Shown here: positions 38,425 to 48,066 of the stretch, in pieces | Layout of the letters: the number at the start of each line of letters is the position of its first letter | Position numbering within the stretch: position 1 is the stretch's first letter | Source of the DNA: an uncultured Gammaproteobacteria bacterium | GTDB lineage: Bacteria; Patescibacteriota; Microgenomatia; Levybacterales; GWA1-39-11 | Length of the DNA stretch: 64,000 nt | Direction of reading: 5' to 3' | Assembly: GCA_964537315.1 (NCBI GenBank) | Contig: CAZIAP010000003.1 | Span: 75,919 to 139,918 of the forward strand | Program-made: the position numbers and the translations under genes | The notes under the pieces: generated by a model | Database searches by the model: none | Seen by the model: the letters and a program-made list of their open reading frames with translations, nothing else | Told to the model about the DNA's origin: nothing

Positions 38425-40173
38425 ATGAATATTCAATCACAAATAAGATCAGTATTGGAGGAGATTGTGAGCAGGCTTACAGATCAGGAAATAATTTTTT
38501 CGGTATCTGTGCCTGAGATCGCTGAGCATGGAGATTACTCTACAAATATAGCATTATTGCTTGCTAAACCTCTTGGAAAATCACCTCATGAAATAGCAGA
38601 GGTTATAAAACACCAATTAGAAACTGAGAATCAGAAATTAGGAATTATCGATAGAGTCGAGATTGCAGGTCCTGGCTTTGTGAATATATTTATTGCAACT
38701 GAAAAACTAATTGATACTTTAATCCAAGTTGAGCAACAAAAAGATACATTCGGATACAGTAATACACTTTCTGACATCAAAGTGATCACTGAATTTACTG
38801 ATCCGAACCCATTCAAGGAGTTTCATATCGGACACTTGTATAGCAATATTGTAGGCGAGTCTATTTCCCGGCTTACTGAATCACAGGGAGCTGAAGTCAG
38901 AAGAGTCTGTTATCAGGGAGATGTAGGACTGCATGTTGCAAAAGCTTTGTATGGAATCATGAATAATGAGTCACAAATTACGGATATTGAAGATAAATCG
39001 ATTGAAGAAAAAGCAAAGTATTTAGGACAAGCATATGCAAAGGGGGCAAATGCATACGAAGAAAGCGAGGAAGTCAAAAAAGAGATAATAAATCTGAATA
39101 AAAAAATTTTTGAAAAAGACCCACAAGTAGCTGATATTTATGAGAAAGGTAAGAGTTGGAGTCTTCAGTATTTTGAAACCATATATGAAAGGCTGGGAAC
39201 AAAGTTCGATAAATACTTTTTTGAGAGTGAGGTAGGAGAAGACGGACGTAAACTTGTATTAGGATATCTTGAGAAAGGAGTATTTGTAGAAAGTGATGGT
39301 GCAGTAATATTTCCTGGAGAAGAGTATGGTTTACATAACAGAGTATTTATCAACTCTTTAGGTCTTCCAACTTATGAAGCAAAAGAGTTAGGACTTGCGC
39401 CAGCAAAGTATGAATATTACCCATATGATCGGTCAATTGTAATTACAGGAAATGAAATAAATGAATATTTTAAAGTATTGTTAAAAGCACTTTCGCTTAT
39501 CAGACCTGAGCTAGCAGAAAAGACATTGCATATTGGGCATGGCATGGTGCGACTACCTGAGGGTAAGATGTCATCCAGAACCGGAAATGTACTTACTGGG
39601 GAATGGCTACTTGATGAAGCGAAGAAGAGGGTATTGAAAAAGATTGAAGAATCTGAAGATATTCGCAGCTCAAGGTTCACGGTTCAGAGTTCAGAAGGAG
39701 AAGAAGTGGCAGAAAAAGTTGGGTTGGGTGCTATTAAATATGCGCTGCTTAAAAACGGAATAGGGGGAGATATAGCATTTTCATTTGATGAATCTATTAA
39801 TTTTGAAGGAAACTCTGGTCCGTATTTGCAGTACACATATGTCAGGACACAGAGTGTACTGAGCAAGGCGAACCATTCGACTAAATTGGGTCAAGTAAGT
39901 CAAAAATCGAAACTAGAGATTGAGGAGGAGCTAATTTTGCGTCATCTTATTCATTTTCCTGAGATAGTGTCACATGCCGCTACAGTTTATTCTCCTAATC
40001 TAGTTGCCGAGTATTTATACCAACTAGCTCAAAAATTCAACCTTTTCTATGCGAAGCATAAAGTGATGGGAAGTGAAAATGAGGATTTCCGTCTTGCATT
40101 AACCAATTCTGTTGGACAAGTACTTAAAAATGGTCTTGCCTTGCTAGGCATACAGACAGTAGAAAAAATGTAA
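38425..40173 (+). CDS. argS: Arginyl-tRNA synthetase
   Basis: HGDYSTN, PNPFKEFHIGH, KMSSRTG, GPYLQY, EKM end. Confidence 0.96.
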   Translation: MNIQSQIRSVLEEIVSRLTDQEIIFSVSVPEIAEHGDYSTNIALLLAKPLGKSPHEIAEVIKHQLETENQKLGIIDRVEIAGPGFVNIFIATEKLIDTLIQVEQQKDTFGYSNTLSDIKVITEFTDPNPFKEFHIGHLYSNIVGESISRLTESQGAEVRRVCYQGDVGLHVAKALYGIMNNESQITDIEDKSIEEKAKYLGQAYAKGANAYEESEEVKKEIINLNKKIFEKDPQVADIYEKGKSWSLQYFETIYERLGTKFDKYFFESEVGEDGRKLVLGYLEKGVFVESDGAVIFPGEEYGLHNRVFINSLGLPTYEAKELGLAPAKYEYYPYDRSIVITGNEINEYFKVLLKALSLIRPELAEKTLHIGHGMVRLPEGKMSSRTGNVLTGEWLLDEAKKRVLKKIEESEDIRSSRFTVQSSEGEEVAEKVGLGAIKYALLKNGIGGDIAFSFDESINFEGNSGPYLQYTYVRTQSVLSKANHSTKLGQVSQKSKLEIEEELILRHLIHFPEIVSHAATVYSPNLVAEYLYQLAQKFNLFYAKHKVMGSENEDFRLALTNSVGQVLKNGLALLGIQTVEKM

Positions 40174-40234
40174 TTTTCTTACCTCTTTTTAATTGATTCA
40201 TATCCTGGGATATGATATTCTATTTTCCACGTTT

Positions 40235-41506
40235 ATGAAGTATCAATATACTGTTCTTCCCAATCAACTTCGTCTTATTACTATTCCTATTGAAGAAGTT
40301 CAAAGCGCCACCACTCTTGTGTTAGTTGGTGCGGGTAGTAGATACGAGAATAAAAAAAATAACGGTATTTCTCACTTTCTTGAACACATGGCGTTTAAAG
40401 GTACTGCTAAACGTCCTTCAGCGATTGAGATAGCATCCATTATTGATGGCATGGGTGCGGAAAGTAACGCATTTACAGGTAAAGAATATACTGGATACTA
40501 CATAAAGTCTGCTGCTGATAAAGTTGATGTTTCATTGGACTTATTATCCGACATGCTGACTAATCTTCAACTTGACCCTAAAGAAATTGAAAAAGAGCGT
40601 GGAGTAATAATTGAAGAAATAAATATGTATGAAGATACTCCTGCGCGTAAAATCGGAGACTTGATAGAAGAGCTATTATATGGAGATGTTCCGCTCGGGT
40701 GGGATATCGCAGGTACAAAAAAAGTAATTCGTAGTGTGCAGCGTGAGGACTTTTTAGATTACATGAAAAGCCTATATAGTACTGATAATATGGTACTGGT
40801 AGTTGCAGGAAAAATTGATCCTAAGGATATCGAGAAAAAAGCTGAAAAATATTTTGCAGGTTTAAATCAGTTTCCAATTGCTTCATTTGAAAAAGTAATT
40901 GAGAATCAGACTAAACCTGCTATTAAACTTCATCACAAAAAAACTGAACAAGCTCATTTTGCTTTGGCGGTCAGAGCTGCTGGATTGGCAAATGAAACGG
41001 ATAGGTACCCACTGGCAATTCTTGGCTCAATTCTAGGTGGCGGTATGTCTTCTCGATTGTTTTCTGAGGTACGTGAGAAGCGAGGACTTGCTTATTATGT
41101 TCGAGCGTATGCAGATAGGTATATTGATGTAGGATATTTTGCTGCTTTTGCAGGAGTGGACAAAACCCGAATTGATGAAGCTATTGAGGTAGTTAAAAAT
41201 GAGTTTTTAAAAGTTGCTAAAGACGGAGAAATAACCGATGAAGAAGTTACAAAAGCCAAAGAATATAATAAAGGACACTTTGTATTAGGCCTTGAGGACA
41301 CACAAAGTGTGGCAACATTTTTCGGTATGAACCAGATACTGGAGAAAGAGATTAAAACTCCAGAAGGAATGTTGGAAAAAATTGATGCAGTAACCCGAGA
41401 TGATGTACAAAGAGTTGCACAAAAATATCTGGATACGAAAGCATATAATCTGGCTATCATAGGTGATTTTCAAGATGAAGAGAGATTTGCTAAAATTATC
41501 AGGTAA
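40235..41506 (+). CDS. M16 (pitrilysin-family) zinc peptidase
   Basis: HFLEH, GGGMSSRLF.EVREKRGLAY. Confidence 0.93.
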   Translation: MKYQYTVLPNQLRLITIPIEEVQSATTLVLVGAGSRYENKKNNGISHFLEHMAFKGTAKRPSAIEIASIIDGMGAESNAFTGKEYTGYYIKSAADKVDVSLDLLSDMLTNLQLDPKEIEKERGVIIEEINMYEDTPARKIGDLIEELLYGDVPLGWDIAGTKKVIRSVQREDFLDYMKSLYSTDNMVLVVAGKIDPKDIEKKAEKYFAGLNQFPIASFEKVIENQTKPAIKLHHKKTEQAHFALAVRAAGLANETDRYPLAILGSILGGGMSSRLFSEVREKRGLAYYVRAYADRYIDVGYFAAFAGVDKTRIDEAIEVVKNEFLKVAKDGEITDEEVTKAKEYNKGHFVLGLEDTQSVATFFGMNQILEKEIKTPEGMLEKIDAVTRDDVQRVAQKYLDTKAYNLAIIGDFQDEERFAKIIR

Positions 41507-43074
41507 TGACAAAAGAAGGATTATTTCCCCATCCTGCCTCATCTCCTACTACAGAACAAGAAATCCATACAGAAAATCAAGAACATGAAATTACCCATAA
41601 TTGCGGTATAGTCGGGTTTTATTATAACGAGCCTACGACAGTGGATCAGGCTATTTATTCGCTCTCAAAGCTGCAACATCGTGGGCAAGAAGGAAGTGGT
41701 GCGCTTGTTATCCCTCAAAACGAACAGCCGATATTTTGGGAAACAAAAGAACTACTCATAAATTCGCGGAAGAACGGTGAGTTCGGAAAGTTTCGGGATA
41801 ATGTCGCAAACAGCGCAAGAATAATAGTAGGTCATAACAGGTATTCGACATCAGGAAGTCTGAGTGCGGGTCAGCCATTTTACGATATTGATCTTATAAC
41901 TGCTCATAATGGTAACTTAGTAAATCCGAAAATGCTTGATGCATATACCCAGTCATCAGAATCAGACACACGTGTTCTTCATGACTCTATTCGTCAATCT
42001 GAAGGTGAATCTTTGGATGAAAAAATACAGGCAACACTTCCTCAAGTTGACGGTGCTTATAGTTTGGTATTAGCAGATCCACGAGAGAGGGCATTGTACG
42101 GTATTAGAGATCCATGGGGTATGAGACCCCTACATCTTGGTAGGTTACGTGATAATGCAGGGTATGTTATTGCTTCAGAGACTGTCGCCATAAAAGATAT
42201 CGTTGATGATCTATATGAAATTCAGCCAGGTGAAGGGATAAAGGTACAGAACGGTCATGTTGAAAGATTTTTTCAGGATCCAAGAGAAGTAACACAGAAA
42301 TCATGTGTATTCGAAGCAGTGTACTTTGCTCGCCCTGAAAGCAATCAATTCGGACTTAATGTTGGCGAATTTCGTCGTGCGTGTGGGGAAGAATTAGCAC
42401 ATATGGATTACCAGGAAGGAGTAGTACCAGATATTATAGTACCAATTAGAAATTCAGGCACCGTCGGTGCAGAGGGGTATTCGCAAGGAATGATAGATAA
42501 TAAAATTCAAGAGTTGGTAGACAAAGTGCGAAAAGACACCTCTTTAGATGTTCGAGAACAATCACAGAAAATCGCAGAGCTTGTCCTTGCTTCGGGGGTA
42601 AGCACAAACCAGTATGGGAGAGTGTTTATAGAACATGGAGATAGGGCTATAAAAGCAGATGAGAAATATACAGCCAATCCTGAGGTAGTTGGTGGAAAGT
42701 CTGTGATGTTAATAGATGACTCACTGGTGAGAGGAACTACCTCAAAAGTAATTACGCGCAAATTGCGTGAAGCAGGTGCAAAAAGTGTTATGTGGAGATT
42801 TGTATCACCAAAAGTGATTGACGCCTGCTATTGGGGTGTTGATTTTGCTGAAAAAGAGGATCTCATTGCAGTACATAAATCTGAAAATGAAATTGCAGAT
42901 GAAATAGGAGCGGATTCAGTGAGGTTTTTACCGCTAGATCGAATGAAAGACATCGCAGAACGACTGTCTGGCCACGATGGATATTGTACTCATTGCTTCT
43001 CTGGGGAGAAGCCGATGCAAGTGAATAGGGAACATATGATTATGAAGAGTGATATACGAGTGAAAGCTACTTAG
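41506..43074 (+). CDS. purF: Amidophosphoribosyltransferase
   Basis: CGIVG, LQHRGQE, GHNRYST, AHNG, YFARP, DDSLVRGTT. Confidence 0.88.
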   Translation: MTKEGLFPHPASSPTTEQEIHTENQEHEITHNCGIVGFYYNEPTTVDQAIYSLSKLQHRGQEGSGALVIPQNEQPIFWETKELLINSRKNGEFGKFRDNVANSARIIVGHNRYSTSGSLSAGQPFYDIDLITAHNGNLVNPKMLDAYTQSSESDTRVLHDSIRQSEGESLDEKIQATLPQVDGAYSLVLADPRERALYGIRDPWGMRPLHLGRLRDNAGYVIASETVAIKDIVDDLYEIQPGEGIKVQNGHVERFFQDPREVTQKSCVFEAVYFARPESNQFGLNVGEFRRACGEELAHMDYQEGVVPDIIVPIRNSGTVGAEGYSQGMIDNKIQELVDKVRKDTSLDVREQSQKIAELVLASGVSTNQYGRVFIEHGDRAIKADEKYTANPEVVGGKSVMLIDDSLVRGTTSKVITRKLREAGAKSVMWRFVSPKVIDACYWGVDFAEKEDLIAVHKSENEIADEIGADSVRFLPLDRMKDIAERLSGHDGYCTHCFSGEKPMQVNREHMIMKSDIRVKAT

Positions 43075-43116
43075 TAGCTTCTTGACTTTAGAATTTTCAG
43101 ATCGTATCATATACAA

Positions 43117-43629
43117 ATGACGACAGAGCGAACACTTATCATTCTCAAGCCTGATGCATTACAGCGTGGTATCGCAGGTGAAATTATCACTCGGTTCGAA
43201 CGTGTAGGGCTCAAACTTATTGGAGCCAAAATGGTTGCCCCAGATAAAGAGCATTATCATCATCATTATGAAAATATTGGAAAAATGATCTCGCGACGTG
43301 GTCAAAAGGCATTTGATGTGACTGTCAATATGATGCAAACAGGACCTGTTTTGGCGATTGTACTTGAAGGAGTAGAAGCTGTATCCTTAGTTCGAAAAAT
43401 GGTTGGAACAACAGAGCCAAAAAGTGCTCCTCCCGGTACTATTCGTGGTGACTACTCCCACATGAGTTTTGTTTATGCTGATGATCAAGGTGTAGGTATA
43501 CCTAACTTAATACACGCATCAGGAGATCCTGAAGAAGCAATAGAGGAAATCAATCACTGGTTCAGTGAAAAAGAGTTATATGACTATACAGCTGCACACG
43601 AACACTTCACACAGTCAAAGAAAAAATAG
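43117..43629 (+). CDS. ndk: Nucleoside diphosphate kinase
   Basis: ERTLIILKPD, PGTIRGD, NLIHAS. Confidence 0.95.
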   Translation: MTTERTLIILKPDALQRGIAGEIITRFERVGLKLIGAKMVAPDKEHYHHHYENIGKMISRRGQKAFDVTVNMMQTGPVLAIVLEGVEAVSLVRKMVGTTEPKSAPPGTIRGDYSHMSFVYADDQGVGIPNLIHASGDPEEAIEEINHWFSEKELYDYTAAHEHFTQSKKK

Positions 43630-43818
43630 TTTCCTCAAATTTTACTCTATCTCAACTTTTTGATATACTGCGCCCACTTCATAAATCTTGTTCAAAGATA
43701 AATATCTTTGAATTTTAGGTTTTAAAGTGATCTTTGAAAAGTGAGAGAGGAGTAGCAGTGGACAAAGCACCGATCGATTGGGAATTCATTCTCTAAAAAA
43801 ATAGTTAACCGATTTATC

Positions 43819-44265
43819 ATGAGTGGAAGTGAGTGCGTGATGTCTGGATCGGATAAAGTTACTTATTTGAAACAGTTGAGAAGTGAAGCAGAATTTACAC
43901 GAAAAATGATTGATAATTGGTTAATTGAAAAGGAGTTGATTAATTTCTACACGTTTGGCAGTGACTCCAAACAGTACCACGAGCATGAAATAGATATGCA
44001 TAAGGTGTTAGTAGAAATAAAAAGTCGATATGATGACGTTTTTTCAAAGCTGCTGGAAAATACAAATCGAAGTCTCAACAGTCTAAACCTACCAGCAGGT
44101 TGCTTAAACCCTTTGCTTGCAGCCAATGTGGTAACAGTTGGTGATGTGTTTCGGGTAGGAAGAAAGAAACTGCTTGTGATTCGAAATTTTGGTCCGAAGA
44201 AGCTGGAAGTTCTGGAAAGGACATTACAGGAACACGGATATACAGTCCCTTGGTTAGATGAATAG
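43819..44265 (+). CDS. Orphan protein with C-terminal RNAP alpha-CTD-like domain
   Basis: LNSLNL...NPL..ANV.TVGD....LL.IRNFGPK.LE.L...L..HG. Confidence 0.75.
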   Translation: MSGSECVMSGSDKVTYLKQLRSEAEFTRKMIDNWLIEKELINFYTFGSDSKQYHEHEIDMHKVLVEIKSRYDDVFSKLLENTNRSLNSLNLPAGCLNPLLAANVVTVGDVFRVGRKKLLVIRNFGPKKLEVLERTLQEHGYTVPWLDE

Positions 44266-44338
44266 TTTAATTCATACTTGGGTGAGTATTTTCTTTTCTA
44301 TTTCCTCTCTCACTCAAGTTTTTTAGCCCGCCATAGTT

Positions 44339-45007
44339 TTAACTAAGGAGGGTTTCTTCATTACACTTATTTTCAAATTCATCTAATGTTATTGCATCTT
44401 CGATAGAAAAATCAGCAACTTTTGTTCGTTGTAGTCCACTTAAGTAGCCACCTGTTTTAAGCATTTCTCCGATGTCTCTTGCGAGTGAGCGTATATATAC
44501 ACCGGGGCCTGTTGTGACTTTTAACTTTAATATGGGGTAGTGGTAGGATATGATTTCAATAGCGTAGATTTTAACCGGACGAGGTTTTAATTCAATGTTT
44601 TCACGGCGACGCATTCTGCGATGCGCAGGAACCCCAGAAATTTTAATCGAGCTGTATTTCGGAGGGGTTTGTAGTATGTCTCCTATGAGTGATTTAATAA
44701 CATTTTTTATAGACAATGTATCAGGAATTTGTTCATTCAAAACCTGTGTTTTTTCTCCTTCAGAATCATCTGTGGTGCTGTGAAAACCTAGGGTGATTTC
44801 AGCAGTATACTCCTTTTTTCCTTTCACAAACTGGTCTAACTGTTTTGTATACTCTCGGCCAATGGCTACAACTAACACACCAGTTGCTAACGGATCAAGT
44901 GTTCCGCCATGCCCAACACGCTTAATACCCGTTATGCGTCTTACTCGGTTTACTACATCGTGAGATGTCATTCCAGCAGGTTTGTGTATTGCAATTATTT
45001 TATTCAT
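44339..45007 (-). CDS. truB: tRNA pseudouridine-55 synthase
   Basis: KPAGMTSHDVV, GHGGTLDPLATG, YIRSLARD; ATG at 45007. Confidence 0.95.
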   Translation of the reverse strand: MNKIIAIHKPAGMTSHDVVNRVRRITGIKRVGHGGTLDPLATGVLVVAIGREYTKQLDQFVKGKKEYTAEITLGFHSTTDDSEGEKTQVLNEQIPDTLSIKNVIKSLIGDILQTPPKYSSIKISGVPAHRRMRRRENIELKPRPVKIYAIEIISYHYPILKLKVTTGPGVYIRSLARDIGEMLKTGGYLSGLQRTKVADFSIEDAITLDEFENKCNEETLLS

Positions 45008-45065
45008 ATTGATATTATATCGCATAAATTTGACAGAATATCCGATATGTGTTTTAAAATAAACT

Positions 45066-45233
45066 ATGAGCGAGTCAGATTTTTCTCCTGAAGAATATAG
45101 ATATTCAGCAGAGCCGGAACGCCTTCCCTCTGATCCCACAGAAGCATCAAATCAGTATCTGGATATGATATTGGCAGAACCAGCAAGTGAATGGTATGCT
45201 TCCATGCTTCAGAAAACTAAGCGAAATCGTTAA
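45066..45233 (+). CDS. Small acidic hypothetical protein (55 aa)
   Basis: MSESDFSPEEYRYSAEPERLP...; ends 3 nt before the next gene. Confidence 0.5.
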   Translation: MSESDFSPEEYRYSAEPERLPSDPTEASNQYLDMILAEPASEWYASMLQKTKRNR

Positions 45234-45236
45234 TCC

Positions 45237-45596
45237 ATGAAAGATGTCTTGATTGAAATTCTCACAATAATCGGTTACTCCGATGATAAGGAAGCATACG
45301 CCGACCAATTTGTTGAGCTAGTGCACCTCAAAACAATGCAGAATAGTCTCCTAACTCTACCTGAAGATAAACAAAAAGAGATTGAAAGATTGTTGGTTAA
45401 TGCGGATAGTCAAGAAGCGGTAGAAAAGATAATTAACGATAATTTTCATGTTGATCTTTACGCAACAATGCTCAAGGATATGTTTTCAGAGATGATAAAA
45501 AACTATATGGAAACCCTTTATCCAACCTTATCACAAACTCAAGTTGCAGAACTAGAAAAGTTATTAAAATTCAACTTTCCTCAGAAGAAAGAGTAA
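45237..45596 (+). CDS. Hypothetical helical protein
   Basis: 119-aa ORF. Confidence 0.7.
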   Translation: MKDVLIEILTIIGYSDDKEAYADQFVELVHLKTMQNSLLTLPEDKQKEIERLLVNADSQEAVEKIINDNFHVDLYATMLKDMFSEMIKNYMETLYPTLSQTQVAELEKLLKFNFPQKKE

Positions 45597-45623
45597 GCTT
45601 TTACTTTTGCGGGTATAGAAAAT

Positions 45624-45650
45624 GCCTGCACTGTGTTTTACAGCGCAGGC
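45624..45650. terminator. Terminator hairpin between convergent genes
   Basis: GCCTGCACTGT...ACAGCGCAGGC. Confidence 0.7.
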
Positions 45651-45659
45651 TGTAATAGA

Positions 45660-46046
45660 TTATCGGTGTTCATCGCTTACAAAGGAGAATTGATGCTTAG
45701 CTTGGACTTTTCGTCCGCTGATGCCTCCGGCAAACTTAGAATTTCTGTATCTCTTACGGATATCCGAAAATTCTTTACTGGCTTCACGCCCGAGTTTATA
45801 GTAGCGTCTTTTTTCCTGACGTACTTCAAGATCTCCTTCCTCATCAGGGATCACAGCCCATGCCTTTCGGACAGAAAGCTGTACTCCATTAATGGTCATC
45901 TTGACCGGATTTTGAGATGGGTCCCGTACTGTTATCCAGTCAGGAAGGTTATCCCAGGAATATTCACTGAAATCTTCCTTCGTCCAGCTCACAACAATCC
46001 GCGAGTCAAGTACAACCACCTGTTTGAAGTCAATCTGCTCACTCAC
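45660..46046 (-). CDS. Orphan hypothetical protein, basic C-terminus
   Basis: GTG after AAGAGGA (MSEQIDFKQ...); terminator follows. Confidence 0.55.
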   Translation of the reverse strand: MSEQIDFKQVVVLDSRIVVSWTKEDFSEYSWDNLPDWITVRDPSQNPVKMTINGVQLSVRKAWAVIPDEEGDLEVRQEKRRYYKLGREASKEFSDIRKRYRNSKFAGGISGRKVQAKHQFSFVSDEHR

Positions 46047-46199
46047 AGACTTGATCCTCTTTCCCGATAAAAATCGTTGGCATCGGCAAGTTCCGATACC
46101 ACCCAAAATACTTTTCAATTTCAGATGGTATAGCAACTATGTGGGATTGTATCAAATACTCAAAGAGAGGACAAGCAAAAGTGAGGTGATAATTGTATG

Positions 46200-46272
46200 T
46201 ACCGATGGAGAGAGTCGAACTCTCAGTCTTACCCTTAGGACGGGTCTGCTTTATCCATTAAGCTATAACAGC
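46200..46272 (-). tRNA. tRNA-Arg(CCT)-like gene with defective acceptor stem
   Basis: D, anticodon and T arms pair; acceptor stem has 2 mismatches and 2 G-U pairs. Confidence 0.7.
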
Positions 46273-46312
46273 TAGTATTTTCAGCTAATTGCAATTATTT
46301 GTTTCATGATTT

Positions 46313-47794
46313 TTATATTGCTGTGACAGTATCGATCAGCTCAGGAATCCAGAATTGAATTCTGTTTTCCGGAAGTAAAAGTGCTCGATTAGGTTGTAGC
46401 TCTTCTACAAACTCGGGGGTGTGGCTCACAAAAAGCATAGCGCCAGTATAGCTTTTTAAGGCATCTAAAATAATACGTTGTGAGAGTACATCAAGATAAG
46501 TTGTTGGTTCATCTAATATGAGCAAGTTAAAATTTTGTAGCATAAGCATTGCTATGGAAAGTCTTGTTTTTTCACCACCAGATAATGTGCCTACTTTTTG
46601 ATAAATGCGAGGTCCGGGAAAGTTGAACTTTGTCATAACAGGGCGGATTGCCTGCTCAGGGAGGTCTGAGACCTTCTGTACATTCTCGACAATAGTTTTA
46701 TCGAAATCAAAGGTTTCAAACTCTTGTGAATAGTATCCAATTTTTAGATTCTCATCACGTTTAACCTCTCCTGCATCGGGTGATAGTCTGCCCATAAGAA
46801 TTTTGATAAACGTGCTTTTTCCGGCACCGTTAGGCCCAATTAAAGCTATACGTTCTCCTCGGACAATCGAAAGAGAAATATCAGCAAGCACCATATCGTA
46901 GTCGTACATTTTAACAATGTTGGAAGCCTTGATCGGTATTTCTCCTACGGGGTGTGGGGTAGGTAAGATAATTTTTGTACGTTTAATTTCTTTTGGTAGT
47001 TCCGGAAGTGACTCTTTGAGATTTTCTATTCTCTTGCGTAACATTGTGCGTTGTCTGACGCCTTTTTTTGATTTATTGCGAGACATTTTTCGTAGACCTT
47101 CTTCCATGTGCTTAATGTGCTTTTGCTCATTGATGATTTTACGTTTTTCCAGCGCATCTTTTTCAGCCTTTAATGCAAGATATTTTGTGTAGTTTCCGGT
47201 GTATTCTTCAAGTTTATGCGTGATTGGATTGAGAGCGAGCACTTTGTTGATGCGAGCGTCTAGTAACGGGAGATCATGTGAAATTACAATCAATGTTTTC
47301 GGATATTGTCCGAGAAAGTCCATTACCCATCTTTTTCCTGCAGTATCAAGAAAGTTGGTTGGTTCATCAAGCATCAGAATATCCGGTTCTTCTAACAAAG
47401 CACGCAGTAGAGCAAGTTTAGTCTTTTCTCCACCACTGCAGCTCTTGGGAATTGTTTGCAGATCAATATCGGTCATTTCAAGTTCACGGATCATCTCCAT
47501 TAACTCAAAATCGCTTACTTTTTTATGAGGGTCTACAAACTCTCTAACGGATGTGCATTTTTCTAAAACTGGATCGTGTTTGATTTCCTGAGGGACATAT
47601 CCAATTGTTCCAGTTACTTCAATCTTTCCGGCTGATGGAGCATCGATTCCTTGGAGGAGCTTAAGTAATGTTGATTTACCTGCTCCGTTTGGTCCTACGA
47701 GACCAATCTTTCGCTTATTACCAACAGTAAAACTGATATCGTCAAAAACAGGACCAAAGCCATATGAATATGATAAATTTTTAACGTGAATCAT
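46313..47794 (-). CDS. ABC-F family ATPase (ribosome-associated)
   Basis: Two NBDs (GPNGAGKST, SGGE, LDEPT), inter-domain linker, no TM. Confidence 0.92.
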   Translation of the reverse strand: MIHVKNLSYSYGFGPVFDDISFTVGNKRKIGLVGPNGAGKSTLLKLLQGIDAPSAGKIEVTGTIGYVPQEIKHDPVLEKCTSVREFVDPHKKVSDFELMEMIRELEMTDIDLQTIPKSCSGGEKTKLALLRALLEEPDILMLDEPTNFLDTAGKRWVMDFLGQYPKTLIVISHDLPLLDARINKVLALNPITHKLEEYTGNYTKYLALKAEKDALEKRKIINEQKHIKHMEEGLRKMSRNKSKKGVRQRTMLRKRIENLKESLPELPKEIKRTKIILPTPHPVGEIPIKASNIVKMYDYDMVLADISLSIVRGERIALIGPNGAGKSTFIKILMGRLSPDAGEVKRDENLKIGYYSQEFETFDFDKTIVENVQKVSDLPEQAIRPVMTKFNFPGPRIYQKVGTLSGGEKTRLSIAMLMLQNFNLLILDEPTTYLDVLSQRIILDALKSYTGAMLFVSHTPEFVEELQPNRALLLPENRIQFWIPELIDTVTAI

Positions 47795-47846
47795 GAGGTT
47801 GATTATCTCGAATTTAGGCGTAAATTGCAAAAAACAAGCAAGTGGG

Positions 47847-47919
47847 TAGCCCCGAGAGGAGTCGAACCTCCAACCTTTCCCTTAGGACGGGACTGCTCTA
47901 TCCATTGAGCTACGGGGCC
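47847..47919 (-). tRNA. tRNA-Arg(CCT)
   Basis: Complete cloverleaf, anticodon loop GTCCTAA. Confidence 0.9.
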
Positions 47920-48066
47920 ATATCTAGCCACAAGTATAGCATGAATGTAGTTTATAGTTAATGGTTATTGGTATGTGTTATATAAGATTTAACCATGATC
48001 TATGAACTAAAAACTATCAACTAACATTGTTGACTTCCTGTGAAGGATAAATTATCATATTTGAGT

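Noticed and set aside
45633-46070. 145-aa + strand ORF, and other short ORFs antisense to recognised genes
   Set aside because: Shadow ORFs; here the minus-strand ORF has the promoter, SD and terminator.
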